A stretch of 64,000 nucleotides of DNA from an uncultured Muribaculaceae bacterium (GTDB lineage: Bacteria > Bacteroidota > Bacteroidia > Bacteroidales > UBA932). The notes beneath the pieces were generated by a model, which did no database searches, was not told the origin of the DNA, and saw only the letters and a program-made list of their open reading frames with translations. Below are positions 18,961 through 28,606 of the stretch, piece by piece. Location: contig CAZYCJ010000001.1 in NCBI GenBank assembly GCA_964645495.1, positions 13,369 to 77,368 of the forward strand. Reading direction: 5' to 3'. A program made the translations under genes and the position numbers. Positions within the stretch are counted from its first letter, which is position 1. The number at the start of each line of letters is the position of its first letter.

Positions 18961-19891
18961 ATTTATATAAAGGTGTAGGGTAGACGCCCTTGTCGGCAAA
19001 CTCCTGGAACTTTGCCACTACGCCTGGTCTGTCCTCCTTGAAGGTGACTCCGAACCAGCGCGAAGGAGTCGAGAGGAGTTCGCACTTTCCTGTGCCTTCC
19101 TTGATGATGCAGTCGATAGCGTAAGGAATGTAGAACTCAGCCTTCAGTTCGTTGATGTTCTGCTCGAGGAACTTGGTGAAGATCTCGCCGCTCTTCTCGA
19201 AGTAGTCAGGAGTGAAGCCCCACATGTTCATAGAGCAGAGTGCCTTAGGAGCGAGTTCAACTGTCTCTCCTGTCACATTGTTCTCTCCGTAGATCTTTCC
19301 GTCTTCAGCCATTGCGATCTTGTGGTGCTCGACCACGTCGGTGAGGAAACCGGTCGCATCCGCTGTTCCGATGCCGCGTGACACTCCGCCAGACTCGGAA
19401 AGAGTGTTGTCGAGTTCGAAACCTACGAGAGCATACTCTCCTGTCTTGCCTTCGTGTGTCCTGAGCCAGTCTCCAAGGACTCTGAAGGATTCCTTTCCGT
19501 AGTAGTCGTCACCGTTGATGACTGCGAAAGGTTCATTTACCACTTCCTTGCCCATGAGCACCGCATGTGCTGTACCCCATGGCTTCTCGCGGTCAGGGTT
19601 GAGGGTGAACTGTGAAGGGATCTTGAAGAGTTCCTGAGTCACGAACCGGAATTCGAGAGGCTCTCCGTCAACGCATTTCACGTTGCTGTATTTCTCCTTT
19701 ACGACCTGCTCCATCTGTTCCTTGAAATATTCGCGCACGATGTAGACGACTTTTCCGAAGCCGGCCTCCACCGCGTCATAGATTGAATAGTCGATGATGG
19801 TCTCACCGTTAGGGCCGAGTCCGTCCATCTGCTTGAGTCCGCCGTAACGGCTGCCCATGCCTGCTGCAAGTACCAAAAGTGTCGGTTTCAT
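18959..19891 (-). CDS. Sugar-phosphate nucleotidyltransferase family protein
   Basis: LAAGMGSRYGGLKQ, REKPWGTAHA, FAVINGDDYYG, SMNMWGF, WFGVT. Confidence 0.88.
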   Translation of the reverse strand: MKPTLLVLAAGMGSRYGGLKQMDGLGPNGETIIDYSIYDAVEAGFGKVVYIVREYFKEQMEQVVKEKYSNVKCVDGEPLEFRFVTQELFKIPSQFTLNPDREKPWGTAHAVLMGKEVVNEPFAVINGDDYYGKESFRVLGDWLRTHEGKTGEYALVGFELDNTLSESGGVSRGIGTADATGFLTDVVEHHKIAMAEDGKIYGENNVTGETVELAPKALCSMNMWGFTPDYFEKSGEIFTKFLEQNINELKAEFYIPYAIDCIIKEGTGKCELLSTPSRWFGVTFKEDRPGVVAKFQEFADKGVYPTPLYK

Positions 19892-19985
19892 ATTTATCAA
19901 CATTAGTTATTAAAATTCGGTCAAATTTAATTAATTTTGTCGACACATCCGAAGGGGTGTCGGGGAATTTCGTCAAATAAAGTTA

Positions 19986-20300
19986 ATGTTGCACATTTTG
20001 GGAAAAATCAGTCAGGTTTTCAAGGGACCGCACCGCAAGTTTGCGTGGTTTGTGGTCGTCGCTACGGGCCTTTTTGCGTTCTTGTGGATTGTCGGTCCGG
20101 GCAATACTGTCATACATTGGGCCAAGGCTGCCATAGAAATCCGCCGTCAGGAGAAGATGATTCAGGACTATGAGCGTCAGAATGCAGAGATGGACCGCAG
20201 GATAAACATGCTCAAGACAGACAAGGATACATTAGAAAAATTCGCCAGAGAGCAGTTCAATTTTGCTGTCCCTGGCGAAGATGTATACATTGTCGAATGA
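19986..20300 (+). CDS. Septum formation initiator (FtsB/DivIC family)
   Basis: Single TM, coiled coil, LEKFAREQF...PGEDVY. Confidence 0.85.
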   Translation: MLHILGKISQVFKGPHRKFAWFVVVATGLFAFLWIVGPGNTVIHWAKAAIEIRRQEKMIQDYERQNAEMDRRINMLKTDKDTLEKFAREQFNFAVPGEDVYIVE

Positions 20301-20304
20301 TATT

Positions 20305-21645
20305 CTAGAATCCGGTGTAGGTCCAAGGGGTGATGGCACGGAGTTCCTCCTTGACGGATTCGCTTACATCGAGCGTTTCGATGAAATCCGCGATCACTTC
20401 ATGGTTGATGCCTGCACCTGTACGGGTCAGCGCCTTGAGCGTCTCGTAAGGGTTCGGGTAATTTTCTCTGCGGAGGATGGTCTGGATCGCCTCTGCTACG
20501 ACCGCCCAGTTTCTTTCAAGGTCGGCACGTATCGCCTCCTCGTTGAGGATGAGTTTGCCGAGGCCCTTCTTGAGGGAGTTCAGGGAAATTATCGAATGAG
20601 CCATAGGCATTCCGATGTTGCGGAGAACTGTCGAGTCTGTGAGGTCGCGCTGCAGACGCGAGATCGGCAGTTTCATCGAAAGATGTGTGTAGAGGGCGTT
20701 TGCCACTCCGAAGTTTCCTTCCGCGTTCTCGAAATCGATAGGGTTCACCTTATGCGGCATCGCAGATGAGCCCACTTCTCCCGCCTTCACCTTCTGGCGG
20801 AAATACTCCATAGATATATATGTCCATATGTCGCGCGCGAAGTCGATCAGGATCGTGTTGATGCGGCGCAGGCAGTCGAAAAGGGATGCGAGGTTATCGT
20901 AGTGCTCGATCTGAGTGGTAGGGAAAGACCTCTTCAGGCCGAGTGAGGCGACGAAGTCGTTACCGAATCCTATCCAGTCTACGGAAGGATAGGCTACCTT
21001 ATGTGCGTTCATGTTTCCTGTTGCGCCACCGAACTTCGCAGGGTATGTCAGTTGCGAGAACTGGCGGATCTGTTCCTCGAGGCGTACGGCGAAAACATTG
21101 AATTCCTTGCCTACGCGGGTTGGAGATGCCGGCTGACCGTGCGTCTTGGCAAGCATCGGGATGTCTGCCCAGTCGGATGCCATTCCCTTTATCAGGCCGA
21201 GGACCTCCTGCAGGAGAGGCATGAAACACTCTTCCACAGCCTCCTTGAATGAAAGCGGCACCGATGTGTTGTTGATGTCCTGGGATGTGAGTCCGAAATG
21301 TACGAACTCTCCCCATTTCATGATGTCCATTTCCTTGAAACGGTCCTTGATGAAGTATTCTACAGCCTTTACATCGTGATTGGTGACCTTTTCGATTTCC
21401 TTCACCTTTGCTGCGTCTTCCGGAGTCATGTTGCGGTAGATGTCCCTGAGGGCTTCGAACTTCGAAGAGTCGAAGTCTGCGAGTTGCGGCAGAGGAATCT
21501 GACATAATGCGATGAAATACTCTATTTCCACGCGCACCCTGTATCTGATGAGCGCGTATTCACTGAAATACTCTCTAAGTGGTTCTGTCTGACGGGAATA
21601 TCTTCCGTCGACGGGCGAGACTGCCAAAAGTGAATGATTGTCCAT
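20305..21645 (-). CDS. purB: Adenylosuccinate lyase
   Basis: SPVDGRY, TNHDVKAVEY, HFGLTSQD, THGQPA, GSSAMPHKVNPIDFEN; start moved to MDNHSLL. Confidence 0.97.
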   Translation of the reverse strand: MDNHSLLAVSPVDGRYSRQTEPLREYFSEYALIRYRVRVEIEYFIALCQIPLPQLADFDSSKFEALRDIYRNMTPEDAAKVKEIEKVTNHDVKAVEYFIKDRFKEMDIMKWGEFVHFGLTSQDINNTSVPLSFKEAVEECFMPLLQEVLGLIKGMASDWADIPMLAKTHGQPASPTRVGKEFNVFAVRLEEQIRQFSQLTYPAKFGGATGNMNAHKVAYPSVDWIGFGNDFVASLGLKRSFPTTQIEHYDNLASLFDCLRRINTILIDFARDIWTYISMEYFRQKVKAGEVGSSAMPHKVNPIDFENAEGNFGVANALYTHLSMKLPISRLQRDLTDSTVLRNIGMPMAHSIISLNSLKKGLGKLILNEEAIRADLERNWAVVAEAIQTILRRENYPNPYETLKALTRTGAGINHEVIADFIETLDVSESVKEELRAITPWTYTGF

Positions 21646-21669
21646 TGCTTCCGTTTTAATAATGCTGCG

Positions 21670-21747
21670 CAAAGATAGGAAAAAAGGAGAAAAGGGACAA
21701 TTTCACAGATAATATATAAGGAATATTAAGAAAAAAGTTTATATTTG
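21670..21747. promoter_or_regulatory. Divergent -7 promoter boxes for purB (-, 21670-21677) and the lipoprotein pair (+, 21740-21747)
   Basis: TATCTTTG (minus) and TATATTTG (plus). Confidence 0.6.
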
Positions 21748-21804
21748 CCCCGATATACCTATTTTAGGGAATTTATTTATTAACAACCTTATAAAAAGAT
21801 TTAA

Positions 21805-24492
21805 ATGAAACACTTATTGTTCAGATCGATGCTTCTCTGTGTAGTGGCATTGACGACTGCAATTTCATGCGGCGATCAGCCGAATGAAGGAACAGAGCAG
21901 AATCCAGGTGGTGAAGGCAATACTGCTGATTTCGGGCTTGCTCTGAAGACCGTCGCTTCCGATTATGTGGAAGTGACAGTGAGTGCACCTTCTGAGGTAG
22001 AAATGGCCTATATGGTGACGTCAAATCCTCAGGCGATGGCTGCGGCCGTTCTTTTCAAGGAAAATTCCGGAAGCACAAAGGTTACTGTCACTCACGGACA
22101 GGTGCTTAAGATTACAGAAAACATCGTACAGGATGCCGTTCATTACATCTATGCTGCTGCCAAACTGGACGAGAAGAAATTCTCGAGCGTGATCGAACTT
22201 GAGTTCGAGACGGAACCTTATGCCTTTGATGAGATGGTCACAGTCGTTGATACATATCTGGACGGTTACAAGGTTCATATCACCGTCCCTCAGGAGACTA
22301 AGGACAGAGGCAATGTGATCCGTTATGGTTCGACAAGCCTTGCATGGTACAACCTTCTCAAGAATTCCAAGGGTGGTGATGGAGTGGATCTCAATGCAGT
22401 TGCCGCAAACGGTAACCCTTATGGAAATTATGTGAAGAATGACTCTACCATCGTCATGAACGACATGAATGTCGTGAAGCTCGACAATAGCGGTGAGCCT
22501 ATACTCGATTCAGACGGTCAGGAAATCGATATCCATGACCCTATCGTTCCTGGCGAGCCTACCATCTTCCTTGCGGGAGAGTGCCGTTGGGGTACTCCGG
22601 AAGAATATGCCGAGATCATGGGTTTCCATCTTCCTGAGAGGAATTCGTACTCAATTCCTATGTATGACTGGAATACAGGCTGGACAGGAGCCTTCCAGAA
22701 GAAGACCTTCTTCGCGAAAGAACCGACCCTCTGTGATGCGACTGTGACAGTCGACATCCCTGAGGATGAGATTACTGTCACCGATGCTATGGTGTACTTC
22801 ACCATGGAGGGAGATGTGGACCAGTATTTCTACATGATTCTCGACAATGCTACATATAATCAGGTGTTGAGCATGTATCTTGACGGTCATGAGGAATGGT
22901 TCCAGTGGTTCCTTACTTCATATATCGCATTCTATGAGTGGGGTGTATACCCTCTTGCAGAGGACGGATATACCAATGCTGCCTCAAGTTTCGTGGAGCC
23001 TCTCACAGGAGGAGAGACCTATCATGTGCTTGCGACCGTATTCGGTGATGAGAATGGTGCGACACAGAATTATGTACACAAGACCTTCAAAGCCAAGGAG
23101 AAGACAAAGCATCCTCCTGTAGTCGAAGTGACGGCTGTGGAAAACGGAGATCCTTACAATGCTACATTCAATATCAAGGCTCCGAACAAGGACCTTGTCC
23201 TTGCATATTGGGCATGTAACTATGCACGGGAATTCGAACTCATGTTCAACGCGAAGTATACATATCCTGACATTCTTAAAGGTAATTATACCTTCTCTAC
23301 AGAAGAGATGGCTGACATCAACTCTGATGAGGGACTTACGGTTTCATACCAGACCCTGGACGGAGAGGTGACAAGAATGGCTGTATACGGCTGCAATGAT
23401 GAGTATACATTCAACAATATCGATGAGAACCAGGAAGGTGCAGGCTGGGCAGACTACAATGCTCCTATGTATGAGAGCGAAAAGACCCCTGTGAATTCTC
23501 CTCTGTTCGAGGCGCTTGCAGGCGAATGGACCGCGACCGCCACTATCGTTGCCAATGAAGAACTGGAAGATGGTTCGACTGTATCAAGAAATGTCCAGCA
23601 CTCTTCAAAGGTGGTTATTTCCGCTTCCGCTCCTGAACTTCCGGAAACTCTTGATGAGAGTGTATATGCGCTCTACACCAATAATTCGAGAGAAGATGTG
23701 GATGGTATGTTCGAGGAACTCAAGTACCTGACAGATCAGTTCACCGAGTATCGTCTCAAAGGCCAGAACAGACTCCTCTGTAACGGTTTCATCGATTTCG
23801 ACTACTACAAGGATCCTGGTCGTATGACATATAGAAGCCCATACGATCTCTTCATTGCCACAAACTATAGTTCTGTGGACGTGCCTATGCTAATGTACGA
23901 CTTCGGACCTAAGTGGTTCCTTGAAGTTCTTGAGGACGGAAGCGTGATCGTTCCGTTCCACTCGATGTATATGCCTCCTATGCATAACTGGCCTGGTTAC
24001 TCATATTATGTCGGTGGTGTCGGCGGCGGATATGCATTCTATGATGCGACAGACCTTGTGCCTGGCTTCCCTGTGGAGATCTCATCTGACATGGCGACCA
24101 TCACCATCAAGCCTATCGTGGCGGTGGATACAGAGACAGGAGCAACATCCTCATATTATATGAATGCTCTGGGAGTAAATCCTCAGAGTACTACAGGAGA
24201 ACTGGAGATTGTCGCTACAATCATTTCTGAAATCGTGCTTACAAAAGGCTGGACAGCCTCTGAGACATCTGCTGCTGTACGCGCTGCGGCACCTTCAAAG
24301 GTCAAGGCTGTCACAGTTGACGGCGCTCCTGTCAAGGAACTTCCGAAGGCACGCGTTTACAAGTCAATGAGTGACTTCACCAAGGTCGCTCCTCGTCGTC
24401 AGTACAAACTTGACGAGACTCCGAATGTGGTGACTATGGATATGGTAAATGAGACTTCTCGAATGATCCTTAAACATTTCAACGCAGAATAA
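21805..24492 (+). CDS. Large acidic surface lipoprotein with FN3-like repeats
   Basis: Lipobox AIS-C followed by GDQPNE; recurring modules ending e.g. PLTGGETYHVLATVFGDENG. Confidence 0.75.
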   Translation: MKHLLFRSMLLCVVALTTAISCGDQPNEGTEQNPGGEGNTADFGLALKTVASDYVEVTVSAPSEVEMAYMVTSNPQAMAAAVLFKENSGSTKVTVTHGQVLKITENIVQDAVHYIYAAAKLDEKKFSSVIELEFETEPYAFDEMVTVVDTYLDGYKVHITVPQETKDRGNVIRYGSTSLAWYNLLKNSKGGDGVDLNAVAANGNPYGNYVKNDSTIVMNDMNVVKLDNSGEPILDSDGQEIDIHDPIVPGEPTIFLAGECRWGTPEEYAEIMGFHLPERNSYSIPMYDWNTGWTGAFQKKTFFAKEPTLCDATVTVDIPEDEITVTDAMVYFTMEGDVDQYFYMILDNATYNQVLSMYLDGHEEWFQWFLTSYIAFYEWGVYPLAEDGYTNAASSFVEPLTGGETYHVLATVFGDENGATQNYVHKTFKAKEKTKHPPVVEVTAVENGDPYNATFNIKAPNKDLVLAYWACNYAREFELMFNAKYTYPDILKGNYTFSTEEMADINSDEGLTVSYQTLDGEVTRMAVYGCNDEYTFNNIDENQEGAGWADYNAPMYESEKTPVNSPLFEALAGEWTATATIVANEELEDGSTVSRNVQHSSKVVISASAPELPETLDESVYALYTNNSREDVDGMFEELKYLTDQFTEYRLKGQNRLLCNGFIDFDYYKDPGRMTYRSPYDLFIATNYSSVDVPMLMYDFGPKWFLEVLEDGSVIVPFHSMYMPPMHNWPGYSYYVGGVGGGYAFYDATDLVPGFPVEISSDMATITIKPIVAVDTETGATSSYYMNALGVNPQSTTGELEIVATIISEIVLTKGWTASETSAAVRAAAPSKVKAVTVDGAPVKELPKARVYKSMSDFTKVAPRRQYKLDETPNVVTMDMVNETSRMILKHFNAE

Positions 24493-25697
24493 TGAAGAAT
24501 CTGATTAAATATGCATCGCTGCTTTTTGCGGCAGCGATGCTTTGTGCTGCCTCTTGTTCAGGAAACGTGGATCCTGAAGATGACAACAACGGTGGTGAGG
24601 ATCTTGTCCTGCGTCTGTTCAGCGACAGGAATCTCGTTCAGACCAACGTTGATGTGGCTACTCTGACAGTGACTCTCGGTGACGAAGTCATTACAGAAGA
24701 CGTAGTACTCTATGATGGTGACGACAATGAGGTTGACCTTCCTGAATTCAAGTTCAAGGCTGAGGCTGACGGTGAATATGTGTTCTGGGCAGTTTACGGC
24801 ACCTATACCTCTGAGGAAATAACCATCAAGGCCATTGATATGGCCATCCCTGAGAGTCCTGAGGACCCTGAGCCGGACAATACCAGCTTCAAGACCAGAG
24901 TGATGCTTACCGAGTTCACTACGGTGGGATGTTCTGCATGTCCGTCGATGGAGAGGGTTCTTCATGGGCTGGAAACAGACGAGAATGAGGACGGTACTCT
25001 GACATATGCCGATGTTCTTGACAAACTTGTGTTTACGGAATGTCATTCCGGTCTGATAAACAGTGTGGCCGACCCATGCTATCTTCACAATCAGGCTTTT
25101 GAGGACTTCTATGCGATCACAGGCTTCCCTACAGTGAAGTTCGATATAGATTACCTCCTCATGCAGCAGGACAAGGGAGCGATCAAGTCATTGGTTGACG
25201 AACTTTATTCTGCCAAGGCTTCGGTTGCTCCAGGCATTGCAGTGAACTCCAGCAAGGAGGGCTCTGATGTCGTTTTCAAGGTGACCGTCAAGGCAGCTGT
25301 CGATGGAGCATACAGGGTGGGAGCATTCCTGCTTGAAGATGGCATCGAGGCAAAGCAGACCAATATAAAGGCCGGTGAGGAATATATGAATACCCATAAC
25401 CATGTGATCCGATATGTGGATGCACAATATAAGACCGGTTTCTATGGCATTCCTGTTTCAAATATCGTTGCCGGAAAGACTGCCGACATCATGTTTGCCT
25501 GGGATCTCGATGAGATCTGGGCCTATGGCACAGAGAAGGGTGCGATCAACGGAGGTATAGAGTGGCCTGCACGCGTTGATGAAAACCTCCATCTGGTGGT
25601 CTTCGTTTCAATGAAGAACACAAAGGGTAATTACTTCGTGGCGAATGTGATCGATTGCCCGATCAACGGTGAGACTCCGTTCGAATACGCCGACTAA
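24492..25697 (+). CDS. Omp28-related lipoprotein (Ig-like + thioredoxin CxxC + Omp28 domain)
   Basis: Lipobox AAS-C; TEFTTVGCSACP, GFP, LLEDGI..Q, HNHVIR. Confidence 0.85.
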   Translation: MKNLIKYASLLFAAAMLCAASCSGNVDPEDDNNGGEDLVLRLFSDRNLVQTNVDVATLTVTLGDEVITEDVVLYDGDDNEVDLPEFKFKAEADGEYVFWAVYGTYTSEEITIKAIDMAIPESPEDPEPDNTSFKTRVMLTEFTTVGCSACPSMERVLHGLETDENEDGTLTYADVLDKLVFTECHSGLINSVADPCYLHNQAFEDFYAITGFPTVKFDIDYLLMQQDKGAIKSLVDELYSAKASVAPGIAVNSSKEGSDVVFKVTVKAAVDGAYRVGAFLLEDGIEAKQTNIKAGEEYMNTHNHVIRYVDAQYKTGFYGIPVSNIVAGKTADIMFAWDLDEIWAYGTEKGAINGGIEWPARVDENLHLVVFVSMKNTKGNYFVANVIDCPINGETPFEYAD

Positions 25698-26851
25698 AGC
25701 AGCAGCATCACTGCAAACACATATAGAAGGAAGCCTTGGAAACAGAGGCTTCCTTTTGTATTTTCATCAATTATGGTCTCTGTGATGTCACGGTTATGGA
25801 TTTCTTTGAGGTCAGGAATTGTTCTCCAAGACCATTTGCTGATAAGGTGTCCGTTGTTGAAGTAGGTGACACCTCCGTTCGAGCGGTTCATGGTGAGCAG
25901 GGTCTTGTAGTCGCAGAAATAATATGGGATGTCTGAAGGAACCTCCGGCGAGGATACCAGAAGAATAGGACGGAAACCTGTTTCAGAGGCCCTGTCCATG
26001 AACTTTGCAATCTTCGTCCAACGCGACTCTCTGATATCTGTGTCGTATACGGATATGACCATCACCTGTCCCTCGGCGGCAAGTGAATCTGCATAAGTGC
26101 CTTCGGCATCGTAGAATGATAGGTTTATGGTGTTTCCCGCATCAGAGCCTTCAATCGTGCGGATTTCTGTGCTGACGAAGGTCCATGTAGAGTCCGGAAG
26201 GTTTTCCAGACCGAATTCTTTCTGCATGCCGTCTTTCTCGTATATGAATACAGATTCGAACCTGTCCTCTGCGGAGTATGTGCTGCCTGTCTGAAGTTCC
26301 GCTGCCGGTCTGAAGTCAGTGAAATCCACCATCGGAATATACATCCATGAATATATGGTGAATGCCGCTACAGAAGCGGATACGATCGCAAAAGATGCAT
26401 ATTTGCGTCCCCGGTTCTGGCCCAGATGTTTTGGAGGGAAATAGTATGCGGCCAGAAGAGCGCACAGGATAAGGTTCTTGACAAATGTCTGCCCGTGAGT
26501 GAGATGGATGGCCTCTCCGAAGCATCCGCAGTCCATTTCAGGGTTGAATATCACCAGCAGGAGGGTCAGGATGGTGAAGAATCCTTGGAATCCTATGGCT
26601 GCCAGGGCCATCGTCCTTCTCCAGACTCCGGTGATGAGTCCTGTACCGATGATAGTCTCCGCCAGGGCGAAGACAGTCCCGAGAGGCTTTGCGGCAAAGT
26701 CGAGGAATCCGATATGAAGGAACTCGAAGTACTCCTTCATGACAAGTCCTGCTCCCACGGGATCGAGGAGTTTGAGAATGCCGGAAATGAAGAATACAAG
26801 ACCTGTAAGGAATCCGCAGAATCTCTTCAGTCGAAGAAGCAAATATCTCAT
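25694..26851 (-). CDS. DoxX/MauE-family membrane protein (BT_3928-like)
   Basis: GLVFFISGILKLLDP, DCGCFGEA, TFVKN, RSNGG; about 6 TM segments. Confidence 0.85.
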   Translation of the reverse strand: MRYLLLRLKRFCGFLTGLVFFISGILKLLDPVGAGLVMKEYFEFLHIGFLDFAAKPLGTVFALAETIIGTGLITGVWRRTMALAAIGFQGFFTILTLLLVIFNPEMDCGCFGEAIHLTHGQTFVKNLILCALLAAYYFPPKHLGQNRGRKYASFAIVSASVAAFTIYSWMYIPMVDFTDFRPAAELQTGSTYSAEDRFESVFIYEKDGMQKEFGLENLPDSTWTFVSTEIRTIEGSDAGNTINLSFYDAEGTYADSLAAEGQVMVISVYDTDIRESRWTKIAKFMDRASETGFRPILLVSSPEVPSDIPYYFCDYKTLLTMNRSNGGVTYFNNGHLISKWSWRTIPDLKEIHNRDITETIIDENTKGSLCFQGFLLYVFAVMLLL

Positions 26852-26862
26852 GATTTCAAATT

Positions 26863-27543
26863 TCAGTTAATTGTGGCGTCGACGACAGCCTTCACCTTTG
26901 CGAATATCGCGCCCGGAGGAAGCATTTCCCCATTCTCATCTGAACAATCTATGCGGATGAATCTCGGATCTCTTTCGCACTGCTTTCTGTAAATGTCCCT
27001 CACGCGTATCTGGAACGCCATGTCGGCCTCATGGATGTCCTGAGCCCCTTCAAGGTAGTCTCTGTCGGCGCCGCCCCTCTGACTCTTCAGTTTCGACTCA
27101 ACGAATCCGATAGGGACATCCAGGAAGATGTTGAGGTCGGGGAGGGGGAGCTCGAAATCACCGTATTCGGTGTTGAATATCCAGTCTCTAAGGGCTTCGG
27201 CCTCGTCAGGATCGCCCACCTTGGCGCACTGATATGCGATGTTGGAATATACATATCTGTCCAGAAGGACTGCACCTCCTTTGGCAAGTCTTTCCTTCAT
27301 TTGCGGTGCGGCTCCATGACGGTCTTCGGCGAAAAGAAGGGCCACGAGCTGGGGATGGACGGTCTCGTTCGATCCGAAGTCTCCGCGAAGGAAACGGCTG
27401 ATGAGGTCTCCGTAGACGGGAGCATCATATCTTGGGAAATGGATATATTCTAGATCACCGAAAAGGCTTTCCAGATATGTTCTGAGTTTCTTTACCTGTG
27501 TGGATTTGCCTGCTCCGTCCAGGCCTTCGAGGACTACTAGCAT
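26863..27543 (-). CDS. tmk: Thymidylate kinase
   Basis: EGLDGAGKSTQ P-loop, LLDRY, SNIAYQ. Confidence 0.94.
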   Translation of the reverse strand: MLVVLEGLDGAGKSTQVKKLRTYLESLFGDLEYIHFPRYDAPVYGDLISRFLRGDFGSNETVHPQLVALLFAEDRHGAAPQMKERLAKGGAVLLDRYVYSNIAYQCAKVGDPDEAEALRDWIFNTEYGDFELPLPDLNIFLDVPIGFVESKLKSQRGGADRDYLEGAQDIHEADMAFQIRVRDIYRKQCERDPRFIRIDCSDENGEMLPPGAIFAKVKAVVDATIN

Positions 27544-27583
27544 ACGATTGTTTTTAAGTTATCAGACAAAGTTAATCAAAAAC

Positions 27584-27611
27584 TGTCATTTCGAGCGAAG
27601 TAGAGAAATCT
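27584..27611 (+). repeat. GTCAT-family palindromic repeat (short type) in the tmk/folP divergent region
   Basis: TGTCATTTCGAGCGAAGTAGAGAAATCT, differing at 2 of 28 positions from the copy at 30701. Confidence 0.88.
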
Positions 27612-27633
27612 TTTTACTATTTTTGCGCCCGCA

Positions 27634-28467
27634 ATGAAAACGAACAGACAAATAGAAATCATGGGTATCGTCAATCTCACCGACGATTCCTATTTTGCCG
27701 GCAGCAGATGTGCCGATGTGGAGTCCGCCCTTTCCCGTATCGGACAACTCGTCGCCGATGGTGCCGACATCATAGATATCGGAGCGTGCTCGACCCGCCC
27801 TGGAGCCCTCCCCGTCGGTCCGGAAGAGGAATGGAACCGTCTCCGTCCCGTACTTGAGGCGGTCCGCAGCAGATTCTCTGATGTGCGTATTTCCATAGAT
27901 ACATATTGGTCTTCTGTGGTGCAGAAGACTTATGATATTTTAGGAGACTTTATCGTCAATGACATTTCTGCAGGTGAGGATGATCCGCAGATGCTTCCGA
28001 CGGTGGGGCGCTTGGGGCTGACGTATGTTGCCATGCATAAGCGAGGTACACCGGAAACGATGCAGACTCTTGCTGAATATCAGGATGTTACGCAGGAGGT
28101 TATTTCCTACTTCCGGGAGTTTTCCTCACGTGCGGAGGCTCACGGCATCAAGGACTGGATCCTCGATCCCGGGTTCGGCTTTGCCAAGACGGTGGAGCAG
28201 AACTGGCAGTTGCTCAGGGATCTGGGGGAGATTCTTCGCTTCGCTCAGAATGATAGTGCCGCTCAGAATGACAAGAAGCGCAAATGTCTGGTGGGCGTGT
28301 CGCGCAAGAGCATGATTTATAAGCCTTTGGGTGTCACTCCCGAGGAGGCTCTTCCTGCCACTCAGGCGGCCCATATGCTTGCCCTCATGAACGGGGCGGA
28401 TATCCTTCGCGTACACGACGTCAAGGAGGCAGGACAAGTTGTTGCACTTTTCAATATTATGGCATAG
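27634..28467 (+). CDS. folP: Dihydropteroate synthase
   Basis: MGIVNLTDDSY, IDIGACSTRPG, ISIDT, LDPGFGF, GVSRKS, RVHDV. Confidence 0.96.
   Translation: MKTNRQIEIMGIVNLTDDSYFAGSRCADVESALSRIGQLVADGADIIDIGACSTRPGALPVGPEEEWNRLRPVLEAVRSRFSDVRISIDTYWSSVVQKTYDILGDFIVNDISAGEDDPQMLPTVGRLGLTYVAMHKRGTPETMQTLAEYQDVTQEVISYFREFSSRAEAHGIKDWILDPGFGFAKTVEQNWQLLRDLGEILRFAQNDSAAQNDKKRKCLVGVSRKSMIYKPLGVTPEEALPATQAAHMLALMNGADILRVHDVKEAGQVVALFNIMA
28229..28273 (-). repeat. GTCAT-family repeat plus a duplicated half copy, in frame inside folP
   Basis: Minus strand reads TGTCATTCTGAGCG-GCAC-TATCATTCTGAGCGAAGCGAAGAATCT; plus strand encodes EILRFAQNDSAAQNDK. Confidence 0.85.
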
Positions 28468-28509
28468 AGAGCCTTCTATGGCATATCCCTTAGGTTTTGC
28501 TTGAAATTT

Positions 28510-28541
28510 TTTGATTTTCAAAATAATAATGAGTACTTTTG
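28510..28541 (+). promoter_or_regulatory. Bacteroidota primary-sigma promoter for the TlpA-barrel-Omp28 operon
   Basis: TTTG (28510-13), 20 nt spacer, TACTTTTG (28534-41). Confidence 0.7.
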
Positions 28542-28606
28542 CCATTTAAATCGCCCTTTGGGGCAGGGTATTTTATTGTATAAACATAAATTTATAACAT
28601 AATAGT

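Noticed and set aside
19940..19963. GACAC...GAA...GTGTC hairpin in a divergent promoter region
   Set aside because: Short and imperfect, without the GTCAT tag, so chance cannot be excluded.
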